A DNA stretch of 53,598 nucleotides. Source: Candidatus Thorarchaeota archaeon (GTDB lineage Archaea > Asgardarchaeota > Thorarchaeia > Thorarchaeales > Thorarchaeaceae). This document shows positions 8,128 through 18,594 of this stretch, piece by piece. The stretch is taken from NCBI GenBank assembly GCA_048882325.1, contig JBHLRS010000022.1, positions 1 to 53,598 of the forward strand, written 5' to 3'. The translations under genes were made by a program, and so were the position numbers. Under the pieces are notes generated by a model. That model made no database searches. It saw only the letters and a list, made by a program, of their open reading frames with translations, and was not told the origin of the DNA. Every line of letters begins with the position of its first letter. The stretch's first letter is position 1.

Positions 8128-10008
8128 TTAACTGAGGGGGAGTGGATTGATTTGAATTTGGGCCCATTCAACCGTAAGCTGCCAATCGTGTGACCAATGG
8201 TCGGGTCTACCAATTCCTAGATATACAGCTCTTCCTGGATCAAGACCTGTTATTGTTGCTTCTTTATACCTCCATGAAGTTCCGTCGGGATAATCTAGGA
8301 TTTTGTGGTATCGAACGATTGTGTACGGATTGTCGGCATACATCACATAGATGTACACCAGTCTTCTATTTTCTACCAAGTAGCTATAGAATGTGTCGTA
8401 CTGTTTGAACCATCCCCTCAAACTTATTTCTCCATTAGCGTCGATTAGGATTGTATCGCCTTGAGAATTGGGTATGGTTGAATCATGTTTGATGTATGCA
8501 TAGAAATGATACCCATAGTCACCACTTCCAACTGAATCAAGATGGTAGGTTATCCCATAATCTGATTCAAACTGACGGAAATGACAATATCCGTCATAAG
8601 GAGTGGTGTTTGCATTCCATCCAACATTATAGGTTGGAATATCATATATGACATGACAGTAGACAGCGTCTATAGATACCGTGAAGGGGCTTCCATAGTA
8701 TAATGTTTTACTGATTCGTATTTTCATATCACCATTAGAGCTGATATGGCTAGTCCCCAAATTATCATCAGGCAAGTCAAAAACAGGAGTGAAGTCAGAT
8801 TTCAGCTTGTTTGTCAATACATTCCATCGATTTGTATCATAGTTCCAAACGCGAACATCAACTTCTGGTCCATTTGTTCCTCCAATCACACCAATACTGA
8901 TTGTCCTTATTGGTTCTGGGGGAGTGTCAGAAAGGCGGAAGCTGTAGTCATAGGTGAGTTTGTCAGCAAGAGAGTCTGGTCTCCAAGGATTTGTTAGAAC
9001 TCTTTCACTACTTGATACGTGATACATATCATCTGGGTTGAATGAGTATGTGTAACTTGTATCACCAGATCCATAATTGTAACTTACCCCATTTGCTTTT
9101 TCATAACCAGTTTCGAAAAGGGTTAACGGCACCTCTGTTGATAGTGTTTCTACTGTTTCTACTTGTTCCCACCCGCCATCAAGATAGACACGTTTGAGTA
9201 TTGTTGTAGCCCTAAGAGTTATCTCATGATCTCTTGCACCTTTGTAGAGTTTCCAGTTCAAATCTACAAAGCCAACGCCTCCTTTTGTCTCTTGGAAATA
9301 AATCCCCGTCCAAAAGAATGCTTCATCCCGATTATAGCCATCCCAAAACAACCTTGCTCCTTCATCGTATCTGGTTGCCTCCATTTTTTCTGGTGCTGGC
9401 GTAATATCGGAACCAGCTAATAGACTGAGCAATTTGATTGGTTTAAGCACATATTTTGCAGGGGGATCACTTACGAAACTAAATCCAAAGGTGAGAAAAC
9501 TTAAGACTTCTTGAGCCATGTCATAATCTCCACTCTCATGAGGATAGTGTAAATTCGACGATGCCTTATCACTTGCAACGATTGCAGTGTAGTCTTTGTT
9601 GATTGATTCAACGATGTCTAAAGTCACTACATCAACATAGTAATATTCAGCTTCATTGTTATACGCGTATTGCTCGTATAGGGAAGGAGCCACTGATACT
9701 CTAAGGTTCAAAGAATCGTAGTCTTCCTGTAAGACTGAATACGAATAGACTTGACATGCGAGTCCAAGTAGACCAAATTCCCCTTCTTCAACATTACCAA
9801 CATCTTCGTCGAAAATGACACCATTAAGTGTTGGCTTCTCGTGTGTCCAACTTGTCCTAAGTCCATGATCTGGTGATGATGATGATGCTTCGACTAAAGG
9901 CATCATGGATGTGAACATCATTGTAGACACAAGAATTGCCAAGACGACGAAACGAAAGTTTTTCCACTTTGCATTCTTCACTGCGCTCATTAGATTCTTC
10001 ACTCTCAT
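8128..10008 (-). CDS. Secreted hypothetical protein, Tyr/Trp/Asp-rich with probable beta-sandwich domains
   Basis: 626-aa ORF with a signal-peptide-like N-terminus (KWKNFRFVVLAILVSTMMFTSMMPLVEA). No family recognised. Confidence 0.8.
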   Translation of the reverse strand: MRVKNLMSAVKNAKWKNFRFVVLAILVSTMMFTSMMPLVEASSSSPDHGLRTSWTHEKPTLNGVIFDEDVGNVEEGEFGLLGLACQVYSYSVLQEDYDSLNLRVSVAPSLYEQYAYNNEAEYYYVDVVTLDIVESINKDYTAIVASDKASSNLHYPHESGDYDMAQEVLSFLTFGFSFVSDPPAKYVLKPIKLLSLLAGSDITPAPEKMEATRYDEGARLFWDGYNRDEAFFWTGIYFQETKGGVGFVDLNWKLYKGARDHEITLRATTILKRVYLDGGWEQVETVETLSTEVPLTLFETGYEKANGVSYNYGSGDTSYTYSFNPDDMYHVSSSERVLTNPWRPDSLADKLTYDYSFRLSDTPPEPIRTISIGVIGGTNGPEVDVRVWNYDTNRWNVLTNKLKSDFTPVFDLPDDNLGTSHISSNGDMKIRISKTLYYGSPFTVSIDAVYCHVIYDIPTYNVGWNANTTPYDGYCHFRQFESDYGITYHLDSVGSGDYGYHFYAYIKHDSTIPNSQGDTILIDANGEISLRGWFKQYDTFYSYLVENRRLVYIYVMYADNPYTIVRYHKILDYPDGTSWRYKEATITGLDPGRAVYLGIGRPDHWSHDWQLTVEWAQIQINPLPLS

Positions 10009-10317
10009 TATTACTGTATCTTGGTACTGTGATGGTCAATCCAGTGTTCTCTTCAGCTAACTGAATAACGACTCTGGTAAATGAAATTCCAACCAATGGA
10101 CATGAAATTAGCATACTCCATATCAAAGGCGAAACTCTCCCATCACTGACCATAATTCAGCATTCCTTGAATATAAGCTATAGACGAGGCGTTAACTAAT
10201 CCATTGAGTGGAGATTTCTGATTATTTCGCGAGATTGATTGATGAGATGTTGAGATTTTTCATGGTGTTTGAAAACTAATGACTAAACAATTGGACAACA
10301 CCTTAATTCTGAGTTCG

Positions 10318-11739
10318 TCACACCTTTATGTAGTCAGCAATATCTGGGCTAATGTCAATACCCTCTATTGTGAATCCCCTTGGTCCAATCTTCCAGTCTC
10401 TGGCTATATCAGCACGAGGTCTACCCCCAGTCCAGGTCTTTCCAATGACCATTCTATGTGATAATATTCCATCTGAATCAAACATACCCCTGAAGTATTT
10501 GATGTATCTACTAATATGATCAGTCGGGACATCCATCCAGAGTACAATACCCTGTGTCGTGATATAATAAGCGACCATTGGTAGTTTCAATGCAATAGCG
10601 AGAAGTGAATTTGTCATGTCTTGTGAACAGTCACACTCAATGCGGAGGTGCCCGAAGTCTACATGTGTCCAGAGAGTAAGTGGTTGTACCACTCCTCGCG
10701 ATAGAAGCTTCTGCTTTTTTCGATATACTGCACTAGGACGCAGTCCTGTTCTAGTGGAAATTGCTGAGGCAGGCAGCCTACAGTCTGAAGACAACACATC
10801 GGATACTAAAAAATCACAATAATCGTACAATGGCTCAGAGTCACACTTTTTGATCATAGGTTGAAACTCACTCGCGATTGTTGGAGGAGTATCAGAGTGG
10901 ACCAGTTCTTCAGGATAAGCCCATCCATCTTCGTTCAATAGGCCCATATTCTTCGAGAACCCGCCAGCAATACCTTCTTGAAGCCGCCAATATGTAAATC
11001 GCTCTCCAGCCAAATCAGAAATGCTTCTTTTAAATTCATGAACCACACTCTTATCATTTGGCAACTGGAAGGTCAAGTAATGATGTCCATTGAATCGATC
11101 CTCATTTGCTATGTTCAGAAATGGGTATTCACTTATAGACTGAAAGAAGGAGTCCCATGAGTATTTGGATTCCAAATTGAAAAAGAGAATGAATAATCTC
11201 AAGCCAAACTTCCAATTATTGACTAATCCCTTAACGATAAACCAGTAGTCTTCTTTGAGCTTCCTAAATCTCTGAGAAGTAGTTTGAAGATGTTGATTCA
11301 ATGCTTTCGCAGCTCGAGAAAATGTACTCAAAGGAAACTTCTGAAAGTACTTGAGAACAGGCAGTAACTTACTAGTCAGCGGTGGTTGTTCTATCCTTGT
11401 CCATTCATCTATGGCCGCATAGAAAAGTCCAGGACTGCTATTACCATGTTTATACAAAAATTGAATATTATCTTGAATCCGTTGTAAATACTCCCTTCTT
11501 GCAAGGAGAAAAGGATCCATAGGTAGAATTTTGTAACTACTCAGTTTTCGTATTCTTTCATACTCAATTACAGCTTTCTTCCTTGAAATTTGGCCCTCAC
11601 TTATCTTGACACCTAGATCAACAATATCTAGAATATATAGTGAAAACTCATGGAGATTCTCTTGTTGATATCGAGACTCACCCAATTTGTCTACTAGCTT
11701 TGTCTTTGTGTCCCCAATGGTGATTGAATTTGCCTCCAA
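10318..11739 (-). CDS. Transcriptional regulator with two Lrp/AsnC-like winged HTH modules and an N-terminal extension
   Basis: HTH-like segments PLSTFSRAAKALNQHLQTTSQRFRKL and DCRLPASAISTRTGLRPSAVYRKKQKLLSRGVV, each followed by an alpha/beta region. Confidence 0.7.
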   Translation of the reverse strand: MEANSITIGDTKTKLVDKLGESRYQQENLHEFSLYILDIVDLGVKISEGQISRKKAVIEYERIRKLSSYKILPMDPFLLARREYLQRIQDNIQFLYKHGNSSPGLFYAAIDEWTRIEQPPLTSKLLPVLKYFQKFPLSTFSRAAKALNQHLQTTSQRFRKLKEDYWFIVKGLVNNWKFGLRLFILFFNLESKYSWDSFFQSISEYPFLNIANEDRFNGHHYLTFQLPNDKSVVHEFKRSISDLAGERFTYWRLQEGIAGGFSKNMGLLNEDGWAYPEELVHSDTPPTIASEFQPMIKKCDSEPLYDYCDFLVSDVLSSDCRLPASAISTRTGLRPSAVYRKKQKLLSRGVVQPLTLWTHVDFGHLRIECDCSQDMTNSLLAIALKLPMVAYYITTQGIVLWMDVPTDHISRYIKYFRGMFDSDGILSHRMVIGKTWTGGRPRADIARDWKIGPRGFTIEGIDISPDIADYIKV

Positions 11740-12210
11740 TTACCTTGCGCTATATGCTTGTTTACTTGCAGACATATAAATGGAAACTATTGAGAATCGT
11801 AGAATCTGCTCCTCAGCTTTCTCTATCTAAATTGGATTGAAACCACCTAATTCTAACCTAACCCTCTGAATTCTTTGTAGAAACGAAAAGAAAGACACCC
11901 TGACCTCAATTATCTGTATTTCCGAGCTTTTACACGTAAAAACCCAATCGTAATACTTATTAATGTAATATGTAATACTATTACACAAGTAATACCCGTT
12001 TGAGGAGGCAATGTGAAGAAGTGACGAGTCGTAGAATATCGATCGAGCGAGCAACTCTCGTGGTCATGGATATAGAGAAACTTGATGGAGCAATAGGTTT
12101 CAACATTGATGTCTCAGCACATGTTCTGAGGAGTATTGGAGGGACAAACCTGAGCATCTACATCCATGACAAGAGAAACCAGCAGTCGACTAGATAAATC
12201 GAAATAAGTT

Positions 12211-12226
12211 GAATGAGGCCTCATTC
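12211..12226. terminator. Perfect 16-bp palindrome GAATGAGGCCTCATTC, candidate terminator or binding site
   Basis: Seen directly, 8 bp downstream of the minus-strand stop at 12235. Confidence 0.4.
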
Positions 12227-12234
12227 GAATTTTG

Positions 12235-12912
12235 TCAGGTAGCACCCTGTAGTTCTTTCTTCTGCTCTTCTGTGAGTTCCTCGTAGCCTACAAGTTTGTC
12301 AAGAGTAGTTCCTTTGAATATGTGTGCGGTACACTTCAGGTGATGCCATCCATAACTAATATGACCTTCATAGAGAAATGGTTCTCCCAGCCGTAGTTCT
12401 CCTTTCTGGATCTTCTGTGAGCAGGTCCGGCAAGTCGCCCTACTAGACTTTGCAGGTTCGATTTTCCATGCGTCATCGGTTTCAGACTCTTTCTCGGTAA
12501 ATGGCTCAAGGTCATAGAGAAAGTCCTCTACATCACCTCCCACCATTTCAGGAGTCAAACGAATGGTGAAGGAATCATACTCTGTAGGGGAATAATCGAG
12601 GTCGACAGTACCATTTGCGAAGGTCTTCTTTATCTCGGTCTTTGGAGGGTACATCTTGTTGGCCCGCATGAAGTCCAAGATCTGTGTAGCGAGAACGTTG
12701 CTCGCATCCTTCTTGCCCATCTCGGTTATCCCGGATTCGCCTGCAACACCGTATGTTGTTACAATGATCTGACGACCGTCGTCCAATGTTTCTCGAGCCT
12801 TCAGAAACACGACTGCCCCCACTCTGACTGACTTTTTGATTCTTGGCGTTCTGAAGGTGTCTGGATTGATCCAGTATCCCCAATCGGTTGCGTATTCTAA
12901 CCACTCTGTCAT
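12235..12912 (-). CDS. Protein with a C-terminal PARP-type zinc finger
   Basis: WKIEPAKSSRATCRTCSQKIQKGELRLG...WHHLKC matches the zf-PARP CxxC...HxxC pattern. The N-terminal ~145 aa are unrecognised. Confidence 0.85.
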   Translation of the reverse strand: MTEWLEYATDWGYWINPDTFRTPRIKKSVRVGAVVFLKARETLDDGRQIIVTTYGVAGESGITEMGKKDASNVLATQILDFMRANKMYPPKTEIKKTFANGTVDLDYSPTEYDSFTIRLTPEMVGGDVEDFLYDLEPFTEKESETDDAWKIEPAKSSRATCRTCSQKIQKGELRLGEPFLYEGHISYGWHHLKCTAHIFKGTTLDKLVGYEELTEEQKKELQGAT

Positions 12913-12967
12913 GACGAATGCCCTCGTTTAATAATATCGAACTCACATATATCTTGACCACCATTTG

Positions 12968-14602
12968 TTACTCTGTCTTTGGTGACCTCCTTTTTCTGAG
13001 GAGAATGGCAGTCACTAATACAACCCCTATTGCTACTGCACTTATAATGAGCCACGGAATCAATACCTCCAAGAACGGAATAGGCTGAATTGTGACCAGG
13101 ACCATGTCAGTTGCAATATTACCCCAAATATCCTCTGCAACTATGGTATAGTTATAGACACCCGGAGGAAGGTCTTCAATATTAGTTGAGAAGAAAATGG
13201 GTGAAGTTGGGATGTCATATGATGTTACCTCAGAACCATTCCGAAGAAGCACGAACGTTAGTGTGCTTAGGTCTGAAAGGGTCCACTCTAGCATATAGTT
13301 AGTTTCATCATCTACGCGATATGAGAGGTCATCAGGATGGGTTGTGGTCGGGGGTGTAGTGTCTCGTACGAAGACAGTGAAGATCGCTTCAGTGTAATAA
13401 CCATAGATGTTGGTAACGTTCACTTCCAATGGATAGTCACCTACATCCAACCTGTTGCTGCTACCAATGGTATACATAATTACCCAGAAGAGAGTGGACT
13501 CATTCAACCTAAGATCGTATGGAGCAGGACAGATGACTGGAATGCTATATTCGAAGTCTGGACCAAACTCAACATGTTGATCAGTTGGTCGTATTACCCA
13601 CTCGACAGGGAACGGAGGGTACATCAGAGGATGGTAGTCAACATCAGAAAATGTGTGACTAGTATCTCCAATACCATCACCATTTCCATCTGAACCCGTA
13701 TAGTCAGACCAATAGTTATAGTCCCAAATTGAAGGAGTGCCATCAGAAATTCCATTGTCTAGCGTATTATTAGCAAAGATATTCCATTGAATGAAGTTGT
13801 CATTTGACGCAGTAGTCCAAATACCAAACTCATTTTCGTTTGAAGTGTTGTTTTCCAGAATATTCTCAATTGCACTCTGCAGTCGAAAGCCGCTGTTTGC
13901 GTTCCTGTTACAGATATTATCAGTGACTATATGATACCTAGAAAAGTATGTCAGCTGAATCCCGAAAATTCCATTTCCGCTGCAATTATTCCCACTGATT
14001 GTTCCATAATCCGAATCCGAGATATAAATGCCTGTGAAGAAGTTATACGAGCAGTAATTGTTTGTGATGGTAAAATTGTCAGAGTTCCCCCACCAAATGC
14101 TGTATGAGTTGTAACTGATGTTGTTCCTAGCCACAACGAGGTTTTTACATGCCCCAGATACGTTGAGGCCATTAGCAAAATTGGTGATCAGATTATTGAT
14201 AATTCGTCCATTGGATGAGTTCTCTAGATTTATACCATATGAAGGAGTTGCCGCAGGACCAATCAAATTGCATCCTTGAATGGTATAGTTTACCCTGGTA
14301 TTTGTTATACTAATACTGGCTTCTGGAGCGGGACCCATTGCAATGTCATAGTTCTCTATGATGTACGGGTCTTGAGCTGAACCGTCGCCTGACCAACCTT
14401 CTGCAAGTGCAGTTGCTGAGAAATTAGCATCACTATCAATAGCAATCGGTCCGTGCGAATCATTTGCTCTGATGCTTCTGGTGCTCGTGGTTTCGTAATT
14501 CACATCTTGGTCAGTTGTAACAGGTGACACAACAGGCATGAGCAGGAGTAATATCAGAAACAGAGATACCACAAACCTGCATCTTATCTCCATCCTAAGC
14601 AT
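12968..14602 (-). CDS. Membrane-anchored NosD/CASH parallel beta-helix surface protein
   Basis: Signal peptide, GDGSAQDPYIIEN, N-rich GIxL repeats, NYWSDYTGSDGNGDGIGD, an Ig-like tail, and a C-terminal TM helix followed by RKRR. Confidence 0.9.
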   Translation of the reverse strand: MLRMEIRCRFVVSLFLILLLLMPVVSPVTTDQDVNYETTSTRSIRANDSHGPIAIDSDANFSATALAEGWSGDGSAQDPYIIENYDIAMGPAPEASISITNTRVNYTIQGCNLIGPAATPSYGINLENSSNGRIINNLITNFANGLNVSGACKNLVVARNNISYNSYSIWWGNSDNFTITNNYCSYNFFTGIYISDSDYGTISGNNCSGNGIFGIQLTYFSRYHIVTDNICNRNANSGFRLQSAIENILENNTSNENEFGIWTTASNDNFIQWNIFANNTLDNGISDGTPSIWDYNYWSDYTGSDGNGDGIGDTSHTFSDVDYHPLMYPPFPVEWVIRPTDQHVEFGPDFEYSIPVICPAPYDLRLNESTLFWVIMYTIGSSNRLDVGDYPLEVNVTNIYGYYTEAIFTVFVRDTTPPTTTHPDDLSYRVDDETNYMLEWTLSDLSTLTFVLLRNGSEVTSYDIPTSPIFFSTNIEDLPPGVYNYTIVAEDIWGNIATDMVLVTIQPIPFLEVLIPWLIISAVAIGVVLVTAILLRKRRSPKTE

Positions 14603-14814
14603 GGAACGACTCTCCTTCTCTGCGACGAACAGTATAGATGATATCAGCGAAAGTCAATCAAGCAAGGTCCATGCGGTCGTTAGTTCACTCTCCCTCGCGA
14701 TATATGCGAGTATGTTGACTTTCCATATTAATGTCAGCAATGATTGATTCACTATAGTTTAGAGAAAACGACCATTCCTCAACTCTTATACTCAATGAGC
14801 CAAGAAAGAACAAC

Positions 14815-15531
14815 ATGTGCGGTCGTTTTGCACTTCTTACTCATGCGGAGGCAATCATAGAGCGGTTTGGAGTAGAGGAGGTCATCAAGAGACCTGAACC
14901 CAGGTACAACATCGCTCCGAGCCAGAATGTGACTGTTGTTGTGCAGAGAGAAACACGACAACTTACAGAGATGAGATGGGGACTTATCCCCTTCTGGGCC
15001 AAAGATGTGAGCATAGGTAACCGGATGATCAATGCCCGTGCTGAAACGGTTGCTGAAAAGCCCGCATATCGGAGTGCATTCAAGAAACGGAGATGCCTGA
15101 TACTTGCAGATGGTTTCTATGAGTGGCAAAAGGTTGGGAAAGTCAAGATTCCCACACACATACGACTGAAGAGTCGAGGGCCATTTGCCTTTGCAGGACT
15201 ATATGAATACTGGAAAACCAAGTCAGGAAAAATGCTCGAGAGTTGCACAATCGTCACAACCACACCAAACGAACTCATGAAATCAATTCATCGTAGGATG
15301 CCTGTTATTTTGAGCCCAGAACACGAGGCAGCTTGGTTGGACCCAACAAACGAAGATGTATCGGAACTTATGAAATTGCTTCAACCTTACAATCCAGCAG
15401 TGATGGAGGCGTATGAGGTATCAGAGTACGTCAACTCACCCAGTAATCAAGGCCCACTCTGTACAAAGCCAGTGAACGCATCACTACTTGATTCTTCAGA
15501 AACTGCGAGCACATCTAGTGGTAGTGCTTAA
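14815..15531 (+). CDS. SRAP-domain protein (YedK/HMCES family abasic-site crosslinking protein)
   Basis: N-terminal MCGRF, RYNIAPSQ, WGLIPFW, INARAET, RRCLILADGFYEW and IHRRMPVIL. Confidence 0.95.
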   Translation: MCGRFALLTHAEAIIERFGVEEVIKRPEPRYNIAPSQNVTVVVQRETRQLTEMRWGLIPFWAKDVSIGNRMINARAETVAEKPAYRSAFKKRRCLILADGFYEWQKVGKVKIPTHIRLKSRGPFAFAGLYEYWKTKSGKMLESCTIVTTTPNELMKSIHRRMPVILSPEHEAAWLDPTNEDVSELMKLLQPYNPAVMEAYEVSEYVNSPSNQGPLCTKPVNASLLDSSETASTSSGSA

Positions 15532-15556
15532 GTAACTCGATACCCACTATTGAAAC

Positions 15557-16318
15557 ATGGCGCATCCAAGAGTAATGCGAGGTGAGGATGGGAGAGCACC
15601 TCATATTCATCTAAAAGAAGAGGACGTCGCAAGATGTGTACTGTTGCCAGGGTCTCCAGAACGAGCAAGGCTCACGGCCTCCGTGTTTGATGATGCAGTG
15701 GAAAAGACGTTTCACAGGGAGTATCTGTCATTCTCTGGTAAGTATCAAGGTGTGGATGTCACGGTCATGTCGACTGGGATGGGAGTCTTCTCTGCTGTAA
15801 CTGCAGTGGAAGAACTCGCTGACATAGGTGCGGAAACCTTCATTCGTATTGGTTCATGTGCTACCTACCAAGAAGAGATTGCTCTTGGAGATAACATCAT
15901 TGCCACGGGGTGTATACGTGATGAGGGGTGCACGCTGGAATTTGCGCCTTTGTCTTTTCCTGCAATACCAAGCCTAGAGGTTCTGACTGGTCTAATAGCC
16001 TCTGCAGAGGAAATAGGAGCAACATACCACACTGGTATCGTGAGGACATGTGAGAACTTCTACCTTCGTGAGAGATCTTCGAAGCTCAATGAGCAATACA
16101 CCAGATTAGGTGCTGTTGCAATAGAGATGGAATTGTCAGCGATTCTCATGGCAGCTATAGATCTTGGGAAACGAGCGGGAGGAATCCTGACTGTAGGCTC
16201 AAACCTAGTGACAACTGAAAACCGATACAAAGGACAGAGAGTCGCTGAGTTTGAGACCGGTGAAAAAAACATGATCAAGATTGCACTTGAAACAATTAAG
16301 CGACTTGATGGTCGTTAG
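15557..16318 (+). CDS. Nucleoside phosphorylase (PNP/UDP family 1, uridine-phosphorylase-like)
   Basis: LLPGSPERA, HREY, STGMG, FIRIGSC, IRDEG and IEMELSA. Confidence 0.9.
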   Translation: MAHPRVMRGEDGRAPHIHLKEEDVARCVLLPGSPERARLTASVFDDAVEKTFHREYLSFSGKYQGVDVTVMSTGMGVFSAVTAVEELADIGAETFIRIGSCATYQEEIALGDNIIATGCIRDEGCTLEFAPLSFPAIPSLEVLTGLIASAEEIGATYHTGIVRTCENFYLRERSSKLNEQYTRLGAVAIEMELSAILMAAIDLGKRAGGILTVGSNLVTTENRYKGQRVAEFETGEKNMIKIALETIKRLDGR

Positions 16319-16988
16319 ATTTCTTTTCCTCAGGAACTACAAACCTCTCATTGACAAGTCTGCAAGCAATATCTCTGAAGCCAGGACATTTGCTCCATCT
16401 CATCTTGTACTCACAATTATCGCACTCTCTGAAAACCTCAAGACTGCGCTTTATGTTAAGAACTGTCACGAACCCCATGTATAGTGCGATAATTAAGAGG
16501 AGCTTGAGCTCCAGACCCGGTGAGAAAAGTCCATTCATGAGAAGAATCGACCAGCAAACCGCTGCAAAGGATGGCCCAAGAAGAAACTTCGATACTATCT
16601 TCGTCCTTGTGCTGCGGTCTGCCAAGCCAGACAGGCTTGTTAGAAAGTATAGAACACTACCAACAACTCCTCCCCAAAACAAATAGAATCGATTGAGTAA
16701 GGTGAGATCGTACAGCCAAATCAATAGCAGAATGAACATCGCACCAAAGAATGAGATCGAGTTGAATGTGCATCCTATGCACCATCTTCTACCTCGGATT
16801 GTCACAGAGTGACTATCAAAGTGTGAACAGGTTGGGTGATGGGCGGTCACAAACGGGTCAGTAGTCTTCAGGAAGAGTAGAGGATGTCTGAGTACGCGAC
16901 GCATGTTTAGCATCAGCCTACCTCGATTTTCGTCATCGAGAACTTCTTCGCACGGTCGTTGAGTCAATCCTCTCTCTTCCCGATCCAT
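16296..16988 (-). CDS. Four-TM membrane protein with Cys/His clusters (possibly DUF2085-like)
   Basis: HHPTCxxFDxH and WCIGC before the helices, CDNC...CPGF after them. Confidence 0.75.
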   Translation of the reverse strand: MDREERGLTQRPCEEVLDDENRGRLMLNMRRVLRHPLLFLKTTDPFVTAHHPTCSHFDSHSVTIRGRRWCIGCTFNSISFFGAMFILLLIWLYDLTLLNRFYLFWGGVVGSVLYFLTSLSGLADRSTRTKIVSKFLLGPSFAAVCWSILLMNGLFSPGLELKLLLIIALYMGFVTVLNIKRSLEVFRECDNCEYKMRWSKCPGFRDIACRLVNERFVVPEEKKSNDHQVA

Positions 16989-17016
16989 TGCTGTTCAAGT
17001 TGTCCGTCTGATGAAA

Positions 17017-17403
17017 CTAAGGGACTAGTGGAATCAAACCACCAAGAATCGCAGCCCAGACTCCAGCGAAGACGAACATCAGTAGCAATATCATAACGAT
17101 AATTTGGATGATGGCACCCAAAATCCATGCAATCAGGGCTCCGCCCCAACCAACTCCGTGTCGGCTCTTGATAAAGTACCATGCGATGAAACAACCCAAA
17201 CATGGAATCCAGATGACCAAAGACATGAGAAGTGCAGTGACAAATGTCGATGACAGGTCTCTATTGGTACCGTCTACAAAGCCCAATCCAATCCCCAGAA
17301 ATAGACCTTGGATTAGAAAGTTGATTATGAAAACCAGAGCAATGAGTATGAGAATAGATGTTAAACCAATTCCAAGTATCCCAAAAATCCAATCAAATTG
17401 CAT
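17017..17403 (-). CDS. Small multi-pass membrane protein
   Basis: Very hydrophobic ORF; start 17403 (MQFDW) or 17433. Confidence 0.8.
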   Translation of the reverse strand: MQFDWIFGILGIGLTSILILIALVFIINFLIQGLFLGIGLGFVDGTNRDLSSTFVTALLMSLVIWIPCLGCFIAWYFIKSRHGVGWGGALIAWILGAIIQIIVMILLLMFVFAGVWAAILGGLIPLVP

Positions 17404-17472
17404 TCCTATCCCTCGCGAGATGATATCGCTCATGCGAAACTTAGTCAGATAAAAGTCTACTGACTAGTTGGA

Positions 17473-18594
17473 TTAGACGAATTGTTGCATCATCTCATCA
17501 ATCATACTGTCAATGTTGTCCTGATTGACGTTATTCTCGGCCATGATTTCGCTAATCCGGATCTTTCGAGAGGTGTCCTCAAGGTCATTTAAGCTTGAGA
17601 ATGCACCAAGTCGTCGTCCGAAGCGATATAGCGTCTGTTCTTCCGCATCCATATCAAGGAACCTCTGGGTAATTGATAACAAGTGCTTTTTATCTTCAGG
17701 AAACTGTCCCTTGAGATCAGCGAATAGGTTCAGAATATGATCACTCACCAGATATCCTGAGATACCCTCTAGGTTAGAGATGAATGTGTGGAGCTCCTGC
17801 ACAATCTCGATGTCATTACATCGGTCAAAGTCACCAGATGAAACCATGTCGTAAAGAGGAGCTCGGACTGGAAAAGCAATTGGTCTCAAGCGGATGAAGT
17901 CAGGATTAATCTGGGTAATGGCATCAGCAGACTCAATGGCATGTTCCTTGGAGAGGTGACGACCTCCAAGTCCGGGCATGAAGTATTCAGATAACTCTAT
18001 GCCCGCTTCCTTCACTCTGAGACCCGCTCGAACATGAATAGCCTTCGAAGCACCTTTTCGAACCATCTTCAAAACATTGTCAGATCCAGATTCAAGACCA
18101 ACATGAATCCGGTTGAGTCCTGCTTCATGCAAGGAAACAAGGTCCTCTATGGTCATCTTATTGATTGTAGATGAACGAGAGTATGATGTGATTCGTTCAA
18201 TATCTGGGAACTTGTTTTTCAGATGAGCTAGTATCTTTACCAGATTGTGTGCTCCAATCACCAATGCGTCTGCATCTTGGAGGAAAACAGACTTCATTCC
18301 AAGACTATTCCAACGCAATGCAGCATCATAGGCTAGGGGTTCACCTATCACAATGTTGTGGGTTGGATATTCAAGAAAGTCAATATATTCACGGATGATG
18401 TCGATATCGCGCATCACATGCTCCACAGGTCGAACAGAGAACACTGTTTCTTTATAGACTGGGCAGAATAAACATCTGTTCCATTGACAGTTACGAGTCA
18501 CTCGTATCAGAAGACTTGCAGCCTCACTTGGAGGTCTGATTGGGCCCATCTCAAAACGATAGGTAGCCAATTTCGCAGGTTCTTCGTGAGTCAT
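17473..18594 (-). CDS. Radical SAM protein, function unassigned
   Basis: GPIRPPSEAxSLLIRVTRNCQWNRCLFC cluster motif, VFLQDAD and RIHVGLESG. Confidence 0.92.
   Translation of the reverse strand: MTHEEPAKLATYRFEMGPIRPPSEAASLLIRVTRNCQWNRCLFCPVYKETVFSVRPVEHVMRDIDIIREYIDFLEYPTHNIVIGEPLAYDAALRWNSLGMKSVFLQDADALVIGAHNLVKILAHLKNKFPDIERITSYSRSSTINKMTIEDLVSLHEAGLNRIHVGLESGSDNVLKMVRKGASKAIHVRAGLRVKEAGIELSEYFMPGLGGRHLSKEHAIESADAITQINPDFIRLRPIAFPVRAPLYDMVSSGDFDRCNDIEIVQELHTFISNLEGISGYLVSDHILNLFADLKGQFPEDKKHLLSITQRFLDMDAEEQTLYRFGRRLGAFSSLNDLEDTSRKIRISEIMAENNVNQDNIDSMIDEMMQQFV

Noticed and set aside
12020-12197. Short plus-strand ORF with weak glyoxalase-like start (VVMDIEKLDGAIGFNIDV)
   Set aside because: Too short and degenerate to call; it may be a gene remnant.
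17473-18594. CX4CX2C spacing in the radical SAM protein
   Set aside because: This spacing is normal for the RPPSEA-type subfamily, so it is not novel.
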